Source of the DNA: Candidatus Yanofskybacteria bacterium | GTDB lineage: Bacteria > Patescibacteriota > Minisyncoccia > 2-02-FULL-40-12 > IGHO2-12-FULL-4 | Assembly (NCBI GenBank): GCA_016185525.1 | Contig: JACPNK010000004.1 | Coordinates: 17,712-73,978 of the forward strand | DNA length: 56,267 bases | Reading direction: 5' to 3' | Part shown: positions 1 through 8,842 of the stretch, in pieces | Position numbering within the stretch: position 1 is the stretch's first letter | Layout: every line of letters starts with the position of its first letter | Notes under the pieces: generated by a model | The model's database searches: none | The model's input: only the letters and a program-made list of their open reading frames with translations | What the model was told of the DNA's origin: nothing | Made by a program: the position numbers and the translations under genes

Positions 1-132
1 TTATGCCCGCGCTTTCGCGATTGACCGTCAGCAAAGCCCCAGCAAGCTGCTTTCGCTTTTGGTGTTCCGTGCGATATCAACGGATTTCACCCCTACACCG
101 CACGTTCCGCTTGCCTCTGACTTGCTCTAGTT

Positions 133-294
133 ACAAGCCGTGCCTCGCTACCGCTCGCCACGAAATTTTTAATTTTACAATTTTCTAATTTTCAATCAAT
201 TCTTAATGTTTTAATTTTTAAACATTTTAAATTCAATGAAAATTTTAAATTGAAAATTCTAAATTGTGCCGAACGAAAGTGAGGCACAGATTGC
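133..294 (-). other. Hairpin intervening sequence in 16S (about E. coli 645-650) with an AT-rich inverted-repeat loop
   Basis: Stem GTGCCTCGCTACCGCTCGCCAC...GTGCCGAACGAAAGTGAGGCAC encloses degenerate AATTTT(C/A)N repeats. It interrupts GAAACGGCAA / AACTAGAG. Confidence 0.85.
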
Positions 295-604
295 CGTTTC
301 CGATGCGGCCTCACAGTTAAGCCATGAGATTTAACATCGGACTAGCAAAACCGGCTACTCGCTCTTTACGCCCAGTAATTCCGGATAACGCTTGGGGCCT
401 TCGTATTACCGCTCCTGCTGGCTAAAGTTACAACATAACTTAATTTTTATGTCTAACGTTGGACTATCTCACCATCCTTAAATAATTAAGGATGCTCAGC
501 GTATTATGGGAACTTAAAAATTCCCATCTCCAGGCACTTTCTAAGATTTCAAAAAAAGTGACTGGAAGTCTCTGAGGGGTTAATTTGTTCAAATTTTTGA
601 AGAC

Positions 605-633
605 TTGATTTTATACAAGTTACTATGTACAAT
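605..633 (+). promoter_or_regulatory. Sigma70-like promoter for the intron-internal antisense ORF
   Basis: TTGATT-17 nt-TACAAT, followed by GGAGG (656-660) and ATG at 665. Confidence 0.6.
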
Positions 634-664
634 TTTGTGGCACATTACCAAAATTGGAGGCCTA

Positions 665-856
665 ATGATTTATTATATCCTCGAAGGTAAATGGTCAAAC
701 AGTATAGCGGAAACATCTGGAACAGAACTCCACATTTTCCAAGCATACTCTGATGAACATGCCACAGAAAAGGCGCAAAGTTATGCCAATGCCCTTCGAT
801 TCAAAATTTCAAAGTTGCTTAAAGTAACTGCGGTAGAAAGAGTAGAAGTAGAATAA
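665..856 (+). CDS. Small hypothetical protein (63 aa) inside the S516 intron, antisense to the rRNA
   Basis: ORF with SD and promoter, enclosed by the inverted repeat TTGTTCAAATTTTT/AAAAATTTGAACAA. No homing-endonuclease motif recognised. Confidence 0.6.
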   Translation: MIYYILEGKWSNSIAETSGTELHIFQAYSDEHATEKAQSYANALRFKISKLLKVTAVERVEVE

Positions 857-1255
857 ATACAAAGAAAATCAAGGCCACAATCTTTCACTGAGCTTGAAGC
901 TCGGTTTTTTTCTCCAAAAATTTGAACAAATCAACTTCCCTGCTGATTTTCCAGTAATTTTGTTAATAAAAACCAACAAAATTTTAATTCAGATTGTCAC
1001 CTCAAAGGGTACTGAATTATTAACTGGGTTTTCCAGCATATAAGCCAAGTTTTTCCTTATTGCCTTACAGCAATAGGTCGCGCCCCCGCCCGAAGTGGCG
1101 GGAGTTTCCACGAAGTTAGGAGCCCCTTATTCGCCAGGTACCGTCACTCCGCCAAAAGGCGGATTCTTCCCTGGCAAAAGCGGTTTACAACCCTAAGGCC
1201 TTCTTCCCGCACGCGGCGTCGCTCGATCAGGCTTTCGCCCATTGTCGAAATTTGT

Positions 1256-1979
1256 CCACAATCACTTGTAGTATAGACTATGTCTTCTTCCCCAAAATAA
1301 TTGAGGAGCTAGCATATTATGGCCTCTAAAAAGAGCGCCATCCAAGTTTAACTAAACTTGAGTCGTTACGGGGTTAATGACCTCATAATTCTTTTTACCG
1401 CCTGCGCCTGAATTTATTTTCCTAATTTCCAGTGCCATGGAAAATAACTTTTCGAAATCTTTATCGGAGAGTGAACTTCTGATGTTCACTAGACCCTGAT
1501 CAAAGATATCAATCATGGCAAGCATTATTTTTGCTTGCCTTTGTTTAAGAATCAAATGCGGTAAAAGTCGCTCTAATACTCTTTTCAGATCTTCACGTTT
1601 CTGAATAACTAGTTCCGAAAGATTATGAGTTGGAGTGTATCTGACTGAACCAACCTTGCCCAAAGATTCTTGAAGCAGAAGCATTAAATTTTTATGCCTA
1701 ACATGCTGTGTAAAATTTATTTTCAATCTCACACGATATGGAAACCGGCGTCTATCTGGCCGCTTTTCTATAACAGCTACAATAGATCCGTCTCCATCAA
1801 GAAAACCGGCAATATATTGATCCGATACATTTTTTCCATTAACTTCCCACGGCGTTGTCTCCATATGGGGTATTATACTATAACCACTTATTTATGGTTA
1901 TAGTTGCTTATCCACAAAGAGGTTTCGCCGTTATAAGCTAGATTTTACTTCAACGTTACCGCTGAAGGAGACAAAATTT
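1256..1979 (-). mobile_element. Group I intron (IA3-like core) in 16S after about E. coli position 328; 3' boundary uncertain
   Basis: P1 GAGAT/GTCTC has a U.G pair. Core motifs: P AACGGCGAAA, Q AACGCCGTGG, R CGTAACGACT, S AAGACATAGTCT. P9 is CTACAA-GTGA-TTGTGG. Confidence 0.88.
1352..1864 (-). CDS. LAGLIDADG homing endonuclease (single motif), intron-encoded
   Basis: YIAGFLDGDGSI motif, FTQH, LLPHLILKQRQA. The C-terminal NPVTT overlaps the intron R element. Confidence 0.95.
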   Translation of the reverse strand: METTPWEVNGKNVSDQYIAGFLDGDGSIVAVIEKRPDRRRFPYRVRLKINFTQHVRHKNLMLLLQESLGKVGSVRYTPTHNLSELVIQKREDLKRVLERLLPHLILKQRQAKIMLAMIDIFDQGLVNIRSSLSDKDFEKLFSMALEIRKINSGAGGKKNYEVINPVTTQV

Positions 1980-2102
1980 ATCTCAGTTCCGTCGTTGGGG
2001 GCCGTGCTCTCACACCCCCTACCCGTCATAGCCTTGGTGAGCCATTACCTCGCCAACAAGCTGATAGGACATAGGCCGCTCACCGAGCAGATTGCTCCTT
2101 TA

Positions 2103-2227
2103 ATCGTGCCTCGCTACCGCGAGCCACTGGGCCAAAGTCTAAAGTCAAAAGTCTAAAGCCAGAAAATTCTTGCCTTAGTCTTTAGTCATTAAGCTTTAGT
2201 CAGTGACTCACAATAGTGAAGCACGAT
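2103..2227 (-). other. Hairpin intervening sequence in the 16S V2 region containing GACTAAA-type heptamer arms
   Basis: Stem ATCGTGCCTCGCTACCGC...GTGAAGCACGAT. Loop AAAGTCT-AAAGTCA-AAAGTCT...GCCTTAGTCTTTAGTCATTA. Confidence 0.85.
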
Positions 2228-2234
2228 GCCATTG

Positions 2235-2266
<32 letters not shown>

Positions 2267-2503
2267 ATCTCGGTGGTACGTACCAATGTGTTACTAACTC
2301 GTTCGCCACTGTGCAGAGTATTGCTACCCTGCACCGTTCGACTTGCATGCATCATCCACGCCGCCAGCGTTCATCCTGAGCTAGGATCAAACTCTCAAAA
2401 TAATTCGTCTAAGCTTAGCCGAAAGCCAAAATTAGACGAATAGTAAGTCTAGTTGACTGTAATAAATAACAACCTATTCAATTCTCAAAATGCTTTCCCT
2501 AAA

Positions 2504-2545
2504 GACAACCACGATTGAATCTTTAAAGATTCAATCGTGGTTGTC
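2504..2545. repeat. Perfect 42-bp palindrome in the rRNA leader
   Basis: GACAACCACGATTGAATCTTT|AAAGATTCAATCGTGGTTGTC. Confidence 0.9.
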
Positions 2546-2583
2546 CACGCCAATCTAAATTGTCTTTCAATTCATTTCAGACA

Positions 2584-2611
2584 ATTCTAGCAAATGGAAA
2601 AACATTGTCAA
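2584..2611 (-). promoter_or_regulatory. Probable rrn promoter
   Basis: TTGACA-16 nt-TAGAAT on the minus strand, about 180 nt upstream of 16S. Confidence 0.75.
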
Positions 2612-2653
2612 CCACCCCGTAGAACAAAAAAAACAAAAAGAGGCCAATGACCT

Positions 2654-3016
2654 CTAACTGACTGCCGCATCCATTATTTCTTCTATTCTATTTTTTCTGT
2701 CGGTTAATTCTTTCTCTGTCGGCAGTACCGGTACAACTTCGATATTTTTTCTGCTCCAACCCCGATACTCCAAACGCCTCTTCTTTATAATCTGCCCAAC
2801 TTCTTCAGCCAAATTTTTTAAACCGGGCAGACCCTCAATCAACAGCCACGACTTGTCGTCAACCTTGCGTACAAACAACTTGCGTGATGACAGCAACCAC
2901 CACTGACAGTCATTAAATTGCGCCCTAAAAGAAATCCCGAACTTGAACCAAAATATTTTACGATCTCGGCTTAATGCCAAAAGAATATCAATAAGTTCCG
3001 ATTCAAGTTCCAGCAT
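2654..3016 (-). CDS. Hypothetical protein
   Basis: ORF of about 120 aa from ATG 3016; no recognised motif. Confidence 0.55.
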   Translation of the reverse strand: MLELESELIDILLALSRDRKIFWFKFGISFRAQFNDCQWWLLSSRKLFVRKVDDKSWLLIEGLPGLKNLAEEVGQIIKKRRLEYRGWSRKNIEVVPVLPTEKELTDRKNRIEEIMDAAVS

Positions 3017-3135
3017 AATCGTCAACCCCCAAAACAAAGAACAGGTACCACCAGACTATTTGAATAATAAAAATCAGTCAAACTGTATAAAAATAAAAAA
3101 GGGCACTGTGGGATGCCCTATGACTGTGACTTAAG

Positions 3136-6090
3136 TTAATTATTTGGAGGCGGTTGAGGCAAAGGCGGCAGAACAGGTTGTGGGGGCCTGTTGCTGTTGC
3201 CGTTACCGCTATTATGAGTATTGTTGGCGCTACCGTTGCCAACATTTACAACCGGATCAGGCGACGGCTCTCTCGGCGGCCCAACTGTCGGTGGCACAGT
3301 CGGATTACCCGCCGTACCGCCGCTGTTATTATTTGTAGATGCCTGATTCTGTGCCTGTCCTTGATTCTGTTGATTGCTATTATTATTGCTGTTAGTTCCT
3401 GTATTGCTGTTTCTATTGTCATTGCTAGCCGAATTATTTGAAGTATTAGTGCTGGTTACTCCGACATTAGTCGGATTGTCGTTTTGATTGTTGTTAACAC
3501 TGGAATTTTTGTTATCATTGCTGGCGCTTGCGCCACTATTGCTGTTTGCGCCGCTGACGGCCGTATTGGTATTGTTGGCCGTGCTGTTTGCCGAATTGCT
3601 GGCATTGCTGTTACCGCCTTGAGCGTTGCCGCCCTGCGCATTTCCGCCTTGTGCAGTATTACTTGCTGTATTGTTACCGCCTTGCAAACTGCTGGCAACA
3701 TCTATGACTGGGTTGTTCTGGACATTGGCGTTATTGGTATTACTAAGAGCTGGGTTGCTCGTCAAAGTTTGAGTAAGATTAAAAACCACTCCGTCTAAAT
3801 CTGTACCGCCACGGCCTCTAAAAGCAGCTATGCCGCTGAAAACCGAACTTGTTATGCCGGTTGTATACAAGACAAACCTATCAAGTTTTGTAAAGCCGTC
3901 ATTTCTCGGCCTTTGCAAGTTAACAACATTTTCTAAATTCTGCTGACTTGTTTTTTGATTGAGCGATAAAAATTCCAAAAACTTTCCCTGCTGTTCAATT
4001 TGCTTTTCCTGCAACTCTTGCTGTTTTTTCTGGTAGTCTGACATCTGGTCAAAGTAGCGGTCCAAAATATGACCCGCCATCTTCTCTGCGTCTTTTACTA
4101 CAACCACTGTTTCTTGAGTTAATCCCTCGGCTGGCATCGCCGTCTGTTGGATCCTGATCTTACCAACAATTACCTCATTCCCACATTGGGCATATTTTAT
4201 ATTTCCGTCTTCGTCTGCCAAGACTCTTGTTCCCGGTGTCAAAAGGAAAGCCTTAAAACTACCCGCCAGTTCCATAACTACTTGGGTTAAATCTTCAAGG
4301 GTGTAAAAACCTAATTCCGGATGCTCCTTGGCTAATCGGTTAAACATTAACGGATTATTTTCGGGCGTATAAATTTCAACACGATCCACTTTTCCTGTTG
4401 CTCTTTGACCTTGAGCAGACACGGGGAAACTCCCAAGAAATAAAGCAAAGACTAAGCCAAGCGCCAGATTTTTTCTCATTTTTTTCTCCTTTTTTGTTTG
4501 TTGTTTTTGTTTTCTTTGTTTTTGGTTTTTTGATTCACGCCGGGTTGTCCGGTCAGTCTTCATCGCTCTGAAATTGTTTGCAAATACTCCCAAAAGTAAA
4601 ATACCCAAAAATGACACCGGCAAAAATCTACCCAAGTCCGCTAAACCAGCTAATCCTGCTTTTTTAACTTCTGTTTTTTTCTTCTCTTCTTTCTTCAAAC
4701 TTACAATTTGGGAGTTGTTTTTTGTCTCGTTTTTTCGTTCCAGACTGGTTAATCTTGCTTCAAAAAAAGTAGTTGAATTTTTAACTTCAGAATACATTTC
4801 CCTAATATTCGCGAGTTCGGCCGACTGAACAATGCTTTTCTTTTGTAAAATTCTGACCTTGGCAGATTCTGCCGTAATTTGTTCCTTAAGCTGGATATTT
4901 TCTTTTTGAAGTTTTTCCGAGTCATTTCTTGTGACTCGCAACACCTGCGTCAGCGCAAATTCTCTCTCCTGATTTTGTCTTTGTTGTTCCGCCAAAGCGG
5001 AGCCCATCAGGATGATTTGCGTTTCAAGTTCTTCTATTTTTTTCTGTTTTTGAGCCAGCTGGTCAGATTGATTTACAGTCGCTTGTTTCAAAACGGAAAT
5101 TTCTTCGGCAATCAGCGAGTTGGTTTTTCTCAAGTCAACCATGTTGCGATAAAAAACTTCCTGCGCAACCTGATTGTCGCAATAAATATTAAGTCCGGTC
5201 GTTTGTTGTTGCCCCTGCCTTCCCACAAAGGAAGAAGCAACATTCAAACTGCTGGACATAATAAAATTGGAAGCAATCAAGTTGCCGTAACGCAAACCCA
5301 TACTGACAAATGGAATAGAGTTTATAATTTCTTTTTTTAACCTTCCTCTTGTTTTCTCAAAAAAGGTTACCTCCGCTTTGTCGTAGCCCTCTTCAGTTAA
5401 AACAGTCCCTTTGTGGCCAAGCTCCGAGGAATTTGCAACCAGATAAATCAGCTTTTCAATTTTTTTGTCCGTTTCTGAATTTTTCTTTACATACCTGACG
5501 CCATTTCCCCCGTCCTTAAATACCGCCCCCTTGGGCTGAAAATTTTCCTGATCTACATTGTTTACCTCTCTCTGTTCCCAAACCATTCCAAGGGGACCCC
5601 TTGGATAAAAAATATGACTGCCATCGTGGCACAAAAGAAAAAATCTTTTTTCTTTATACTTTGCAAGTTTTGCGACATCATCCGACTTCGTAATCAAGGC
5701 AACCAATTTCTGTTCTCCCACAAGAACAAAAGAGTTGATCTGCTTTGAATCTTTGTCAAAGTAATGAAGCGTTGAAGCAAGAGTTTTCGCAACTATTTTT
5801 TCTTTTCCGTTATCATTAGCGGTTACAACCAGTTCCCACGAATTGCCGGTTTCCGCGCCGACATTTCTTAATTCCTTAAGCTCTTCCGGCATGGAAGAAA
5901 CAACAACAATATATTCTGCTGACCTAGAATCAAACTCCGGCACAACCGTATTTTTATTCTTTTCCTTTACCTCAAAAGGTAAACGCCTTAGGGCGTCAAG
6001 TTCGGAAATACGATAATTAGTGTTGCCAAAAACAGACACACCAAAAAACCCAAGAACAAACCACACAAACAAAAAGCCTTTTTTCAGCAT
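3136..6090 (-). CDS. Large secreted/membrane protein: signal peptide, coiled coil, TM segments, Asn/Gln/Ser/Gly-rich and Pro-rich tail; possibly two fused genes
   Basis: 984-aa ORF with an N-terminal hydrophobic signal, an internal second signal peptide MRKNLALGLVFALFLGSFPVSAQ, and GGNAQ repeats. Confidence 0.8.
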   Translation of the reverse strand: MLKKGFLFVWFVLGFFGVSVFGNTNYRISELDALRRLPFEVKEKNKNTVVPEFDSRSAEYIVVVSSMPEELKELRNVGAETGNSWELVVTANDNGKEKIVAKTLASTLHYFDKDSKQINSFVLVGEQKLVALITKSDDVAKLAKYKEKRFFLLCHDGSHIFYPRGPLGMVWEQREVNNVDQENFQPKGAVFKDGGNGVRYVKKNSETDKKIEKLIYLVANSSELGHKGTVLTEEGYDKAEVTFFEKTRGRLKKEIINSIPFVSMGLRYGNLIASNFIMSSSLNVASSFVGRQGQQQTTGLNIYCDNQVAQEVFYRNMVDLRKTNSLIAEEISVLKQATVNQSDQLAQKQKKIEELETQIILMGSALAEQQRQNQEREFALTQVLRVTRNDSEKLQKENIQLKEQITAESAKVRILQKKSIVQSAELANIREMYSEVKNSTTFFEARLTSLERKNETKNNSQIVSLKKEEKKKTEVKKAGLAGLADLGRFLPVSFLGILLLGVFANNFRAMKTDRTTRRESKNQKQRKQKQQTKKEKKMRKNLALGLVFALFLGSFPVSAQGQRATGKVDRVEIYTPENNPLMFNRLAKEHPELGFYTLEDLTQVVMELAGSFKAFLLTPGTRVLADEDGNIKYAQCGNEVIVGKIRIQQTAMPAEGLTQETVVVVKDAEKMAGHILDRYFDQMSDYQKKQQELQEKQIEQQGKFLEFLSLNQKTSQQNLENVVNLQRPRNDGFTKLDRFVLYTTGITSSVFSGIAAFRGRGGTDLDGVVFNLTQTLTSNPALSNTNNANVQNNPVIDVASSLQGGNNTASNTAQGGNAQGGNAQGGNSNASNSANSTANNTNTAVSGANSNSGASASNDNKNSSVNNNQNDNPTNVGVTSTNTSNNSASNDNRNSNTGTNSNNNSNQQNQGQAQNQASTNNNSGGTAGNPTVPPTVGPPREPSPDPVVNVGNGSANNTHNSGNGNSNRPPQPVLPPLPQPPPNN

Positions 6091-6198
6091 ACTTTTTCCT
6101 TGTTGTCAAAGATGCTTTGTAAGGAGATGGTATATTAAGTTGACATTTGTGTCAAGCCCGTACACATTAATCCAAGGGCCGCCCTTGAATTAATTAAA

Positions 6199-6222
6199 AA
6201 ATCACCCCAGGGGGTGATTTTC
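6199..6222. terminator. Putative intrinsic terminator
   Basis: AAAATCACCCC-AG-GGGGTGATTTT hairpin downstream of the 6248-6985 ORF. Confidence 0.6.
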
Positions 6223-6247
6223 AATTTTACTGCTACACTAGGCTTCA

Positions 6248-6985
6248 CTACTTGTTGTAGTACCCACAATCTCTTTCAGCAACCGCAGCTGCGCTCGAAT
6301 AAGAATTCCAAGATGCCTCAGATCCTGTAAAAGCACCCCGCGAACTTGCGGACCCAAAGGATTCATGCCCTGGCTGTGACGGTCCGGTCATCTGGCTACT
6401 CGACTTGCCACTAGAACTACCGGAGTCTCGAGAGCTACTGGTACTGGGGTTTGACGATCTGTCTACATTATCCGCCTTTTCAACTTTGTAAACCATTGAT
6501 CTCTTAACTATAAAACTACTACCATCACTTTCCTTAATTCCAATCATCCCGTCGTGTCTTTCTTCTGGAGATCCGTTTACGTACTCAAACGGTAAAGCTG
6601 TCCCCCTTGATACTTCCTGTCCATCCTTCATAAAAACGACAGGTTCTCCCTCTAATATCGTAGGACCATCAACCCAACTTGCTCCTATTGGTGTTAGCTT
6701 TTCTTTTTGTTGACTGCATTGACTGGATGTCTTTTGTCCACCAGCAACAGAAACAGAAGAATCTCCTGATTGATAACTACAACAATGCCCGTTTTCAAAC
6801 CCACCAGCATTTATTTCTTGAACCAACTTATCAACATTGACATTGTTGAACTCATATATAATATTTTTTAATTTTTCTGCAGTTTCTATATCCCCCTCCC
6901 TCTTCTTTGTTTCTATAAGCGATTGTGTTAAGTAGGTTATTTTTTGCATTAAAACTCGTATTTCATTTTCTCTTGTATCCAACAT
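6248..6985 (-). CDS. Hypothetical protein with Ser-rich C-terminus
   Basis: 245-aa ORF with SD AGGAG upstream. Confidence 0.7.
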   Translation of the reverse strand: MLDTRENEIRVLMQKITYLTQSLIETKKREGDIETAEKLKNIIYEFNNVNVDKLVQEINAGGFENGHCCSYQSGDSSVSVAGGQKTSSQCSQQKEKLTPIGASWVDGPTILEGEPVVFMKDGQEVSRGTALPFEYVNGSPEERHDGMIGIKESDGSSFIVKRSMVYKVEKADNVDRSSNPSTSSSRDSGSSSGKSSSQMTGPSQPGHESFGSASSRGAFTGSEASWNSYSSAAAVAERDCGYYNK

Positions 6986-7088
6986 GGTTTTCTCCTTTTT
7001 TTGTTTTTGTTAAGTTTCTCAGCCCACGAAAATTGGGCTGTCTCATTAGTAGACTTTTTAATAAGTTTTGTCAAGTAGCTGCGCTGGT

Positions 7089-7760
7089 TCATATGATATT
7101 CTTACGCCACTCCTTAATTTTTTTGTGGTCGCCTGATAAGAGGACTTTTGGCACTTTTAGTCTCTTTTTTCCCATAATAAAAACCTCTGGACGGGTATAC
7201 TGGGCGTGATCAGCTTTTTGCGCCGACTCTTTTTTAGCAATAAAACCGGGTATCAGTCTGGAAACCGACTCAATTACCGCCATGGCCGCCACTTCGCCGC
7301 CATTCAATACATAATCACCGATTGAAATAACTTCATCGGCAATATAATCAGCAACTCTTTCGTCAACTCCTTCATAACGTCCGCAGATAAAAATTAGCTG
7401 ATCTAGTTTAGCCCATTTTTTTGCCAACTCTTGCGTAAGTTTTTTACCTCGAGGGCTAAACAGTATTACTCTCTGTTTTAAGTTATAAGTTTTAGGTTTT
7501 ACGTTTTTGGATCTCTTACTTTTAACTTTTAACTCAATACTCTTAACTGCTTTAAAAATCGGCTCAATCTTTAACACCATCCCCGGTCCCCCGCCGTAAG
7601 GATTGTCGTCAACCGTCTTGTGCTTGTCTGTCGTCCATTTTCTTAAGTTGTGCAGACCGATTCTGATAATCTTCTTTTTTTGCCCGCGCGCCAAAAGAGA
7701 CTCACTCACAAAGCCTTTAAAAATTTCCGGGAAAATTGTAATAACATCAAATTGAATCAT
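7089..7760 (-). CDS. trmD: tRNA (guanine-N1)-methyltransferase
   Basis: VDDNPYGGGPGMV, CGRYEGVDERV, SIGDYVLNGGE, YTRPE, VPKVLLSGDH. Confidence 0.98.
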   Translation of the reverse strand: MIQFDVITIFPEIFKGFVSESLLARGQKKKIIRIGLHNLRKWTTDKHKTVDDNPYGGGPGMVLKIEPIFKAVKSIELKVKSKRSKNVKPKTYNLKQRVILFSPRGKKLTQELAKKWAKLDQLIFICGRYEGVDERVADYIADEVISIGDYVLNGGEVAAMAVIESVSRLIPGFIAKKESAQKADHAQYTRPEVFIMGKKRLKVPKVLLSGDHKKIKEWRKNII

Positions 7761-7823
7761 ACTTAAATTTGTGTTCTAATATAACACATTGCGGTTCTTT
7801 TTAAAACAAGGAAAGAGTCAGTC

Positions 7824-8327
7824 ATGCTTAAAATAATTTTTATTTTACTTTTGCCGTTATTAGGCCAGACTACTGGCACCGAACAGCAAAATGGTCTCCC
7901 CGAAAACAAACAATTAATTCTGATAAACCTAACTAAAAGAACTTTAGAGTTCTACGACCAAGACAAAATTATTTTTAAATGCCGAATAAGAGTTGGCAAA
8001 AGAGGAACCCCTACGCCAGTCGGTTCGGGTTATGTTTACGAAAAAAGAGAAAGACCGGTTTTTAGATATGTTGATCCGGGACCGCAACAAGGAGAAGTTA
8101 TAAATTATGCCGAATGCGCCGACGGCCTCAAAAAAGTTGTTCATTCCAAAATGAGAGCCTTGGGTATAAGAATTAAAAATACCGACCGCTACAGCATCCA
8201 CTCAACCACTTGCAGTGAAACTATCGGAAAGCCTCTTTCCAACGGCTGTATCGGAATGACAGTCCAAGATATGTTAAAACTTTACCCACTGGTCCAAGAT
8301 AAAACCATAGTTAAGATAATAAAATAA
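7824..8327 (+). CDS. L,D-transpeptidase (YkuD-family) domain protein
   Basis: Signal peptide, GKRGTPTPVG, and catalytic IHST...SNGCIGM (HxxxxxxxxSxGC pattern). Confidence 0.88.
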   Translation: MLKIIFILLLPLLGQTTGTEQQNGLPENKQLILINLTKRTLEFYDQDKIIFKCRIRVGKRGTPTPVGSGYVYEKRERPVFRYVDPGPQQGEVINYAECADGLKKVVHSKMRALGIRIKNTDRYSIHSTTCSETIGKPLSNGCIGMTVQDMLKLYPLVQDKTIVKIIK

Positions 8328-8355
8328 ACAGTCAACCTTTTGGCTGTTTTTAAGT

Positions 8356-8388
8356 AATCAAAAACCCCATATTTTGGGGTTTTTGATT
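8356..8388. terminator. Bidirectional terminator between convergent genes
   Basis: AATCAAAAACCCCA-TATTT-TGGGGTTTTTGATT. Confidence 0.7.
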
Positions 8389-8407
8389 TGAGCATTCGCT
8401 CAAAAAA

Positions 8408-8731
8408 TTACATGTCCAGCTCGCCCATAACGTCTTCAACGTTTTTGGTCTTGCCGCCTGCAGCTACTGGTCCTCTTCCGCCTTCCGGCTCTTCAATGCG
8501 CAGATTAACTCTGGCATTGTTCCTCATGCCGATTATTCTGGCAAGAGTTCTGATAGCCTTGGCGGTAGAACCTTGTCGGCCGATCAGCAAACCCATATCT
8601 TCTGGGTCAACCTTGACCGAAAGCAGGACTCCCATCTCATCAACTTGTCTGGCAACTGTAACATCATCAGGCTTGTTGACGATAGCTTTGACGATAAACT
8701 CTACAAAATCTAGATCTTTATCTTTAGCCAT
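8408..8731 (-). CDS. khpA: KH-domain RNA-binding protein KhpA (YlqC)
   Basis: DMGLLIGRQGSTAKAIRTL; located directly after rpsP. Confidence 0.92.
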   Translation of the reverse strand: MAKDKDLDFVEFIVKAIVNKPDDVTVARQVDEMGVLLSVKVDPEDMGLLIGRQGSTAKAIRTLARIIGMRNNARVNLRIEEPEGGRGPVAAGGKTKNVEDVMGELDM

Positions 8732-8842
8732 ACTGTTAATAATCTTTTTTAAATATTAAACAATCTTTCGACCTGCCATCTCTTTCTTTCCGTGAGTGGC
8801 CTTAAACTTATATTATAATTCTATCACTTATTAAAACTGGTG

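Larger units (their letters stand above)
423..1109 (-). mobile_element. Group I intron in 16S at E. coli position 516
   Basis: 5' exon ends CTAACTTCGT and 3' exon starts GCCAGCAG. Core motifs are P ATGCTGGAAA, Q AATCAGCAGG, R TCAGAGACT and S GAGATAGTCC. The IGS GGCGCGA is at 1084-1078. Confidence 0.92.

Noticed and set aside
3-188. 61-aa plus-strand ORF
   Set aside because: Antisense to 16S rRNA; spurious.
3144-5340. Several plus-strand and alternative-frame ORFs over the 984-aa gene
   Set aside because: Shadows of low-complexity coding sequence; no motifs or start signals.
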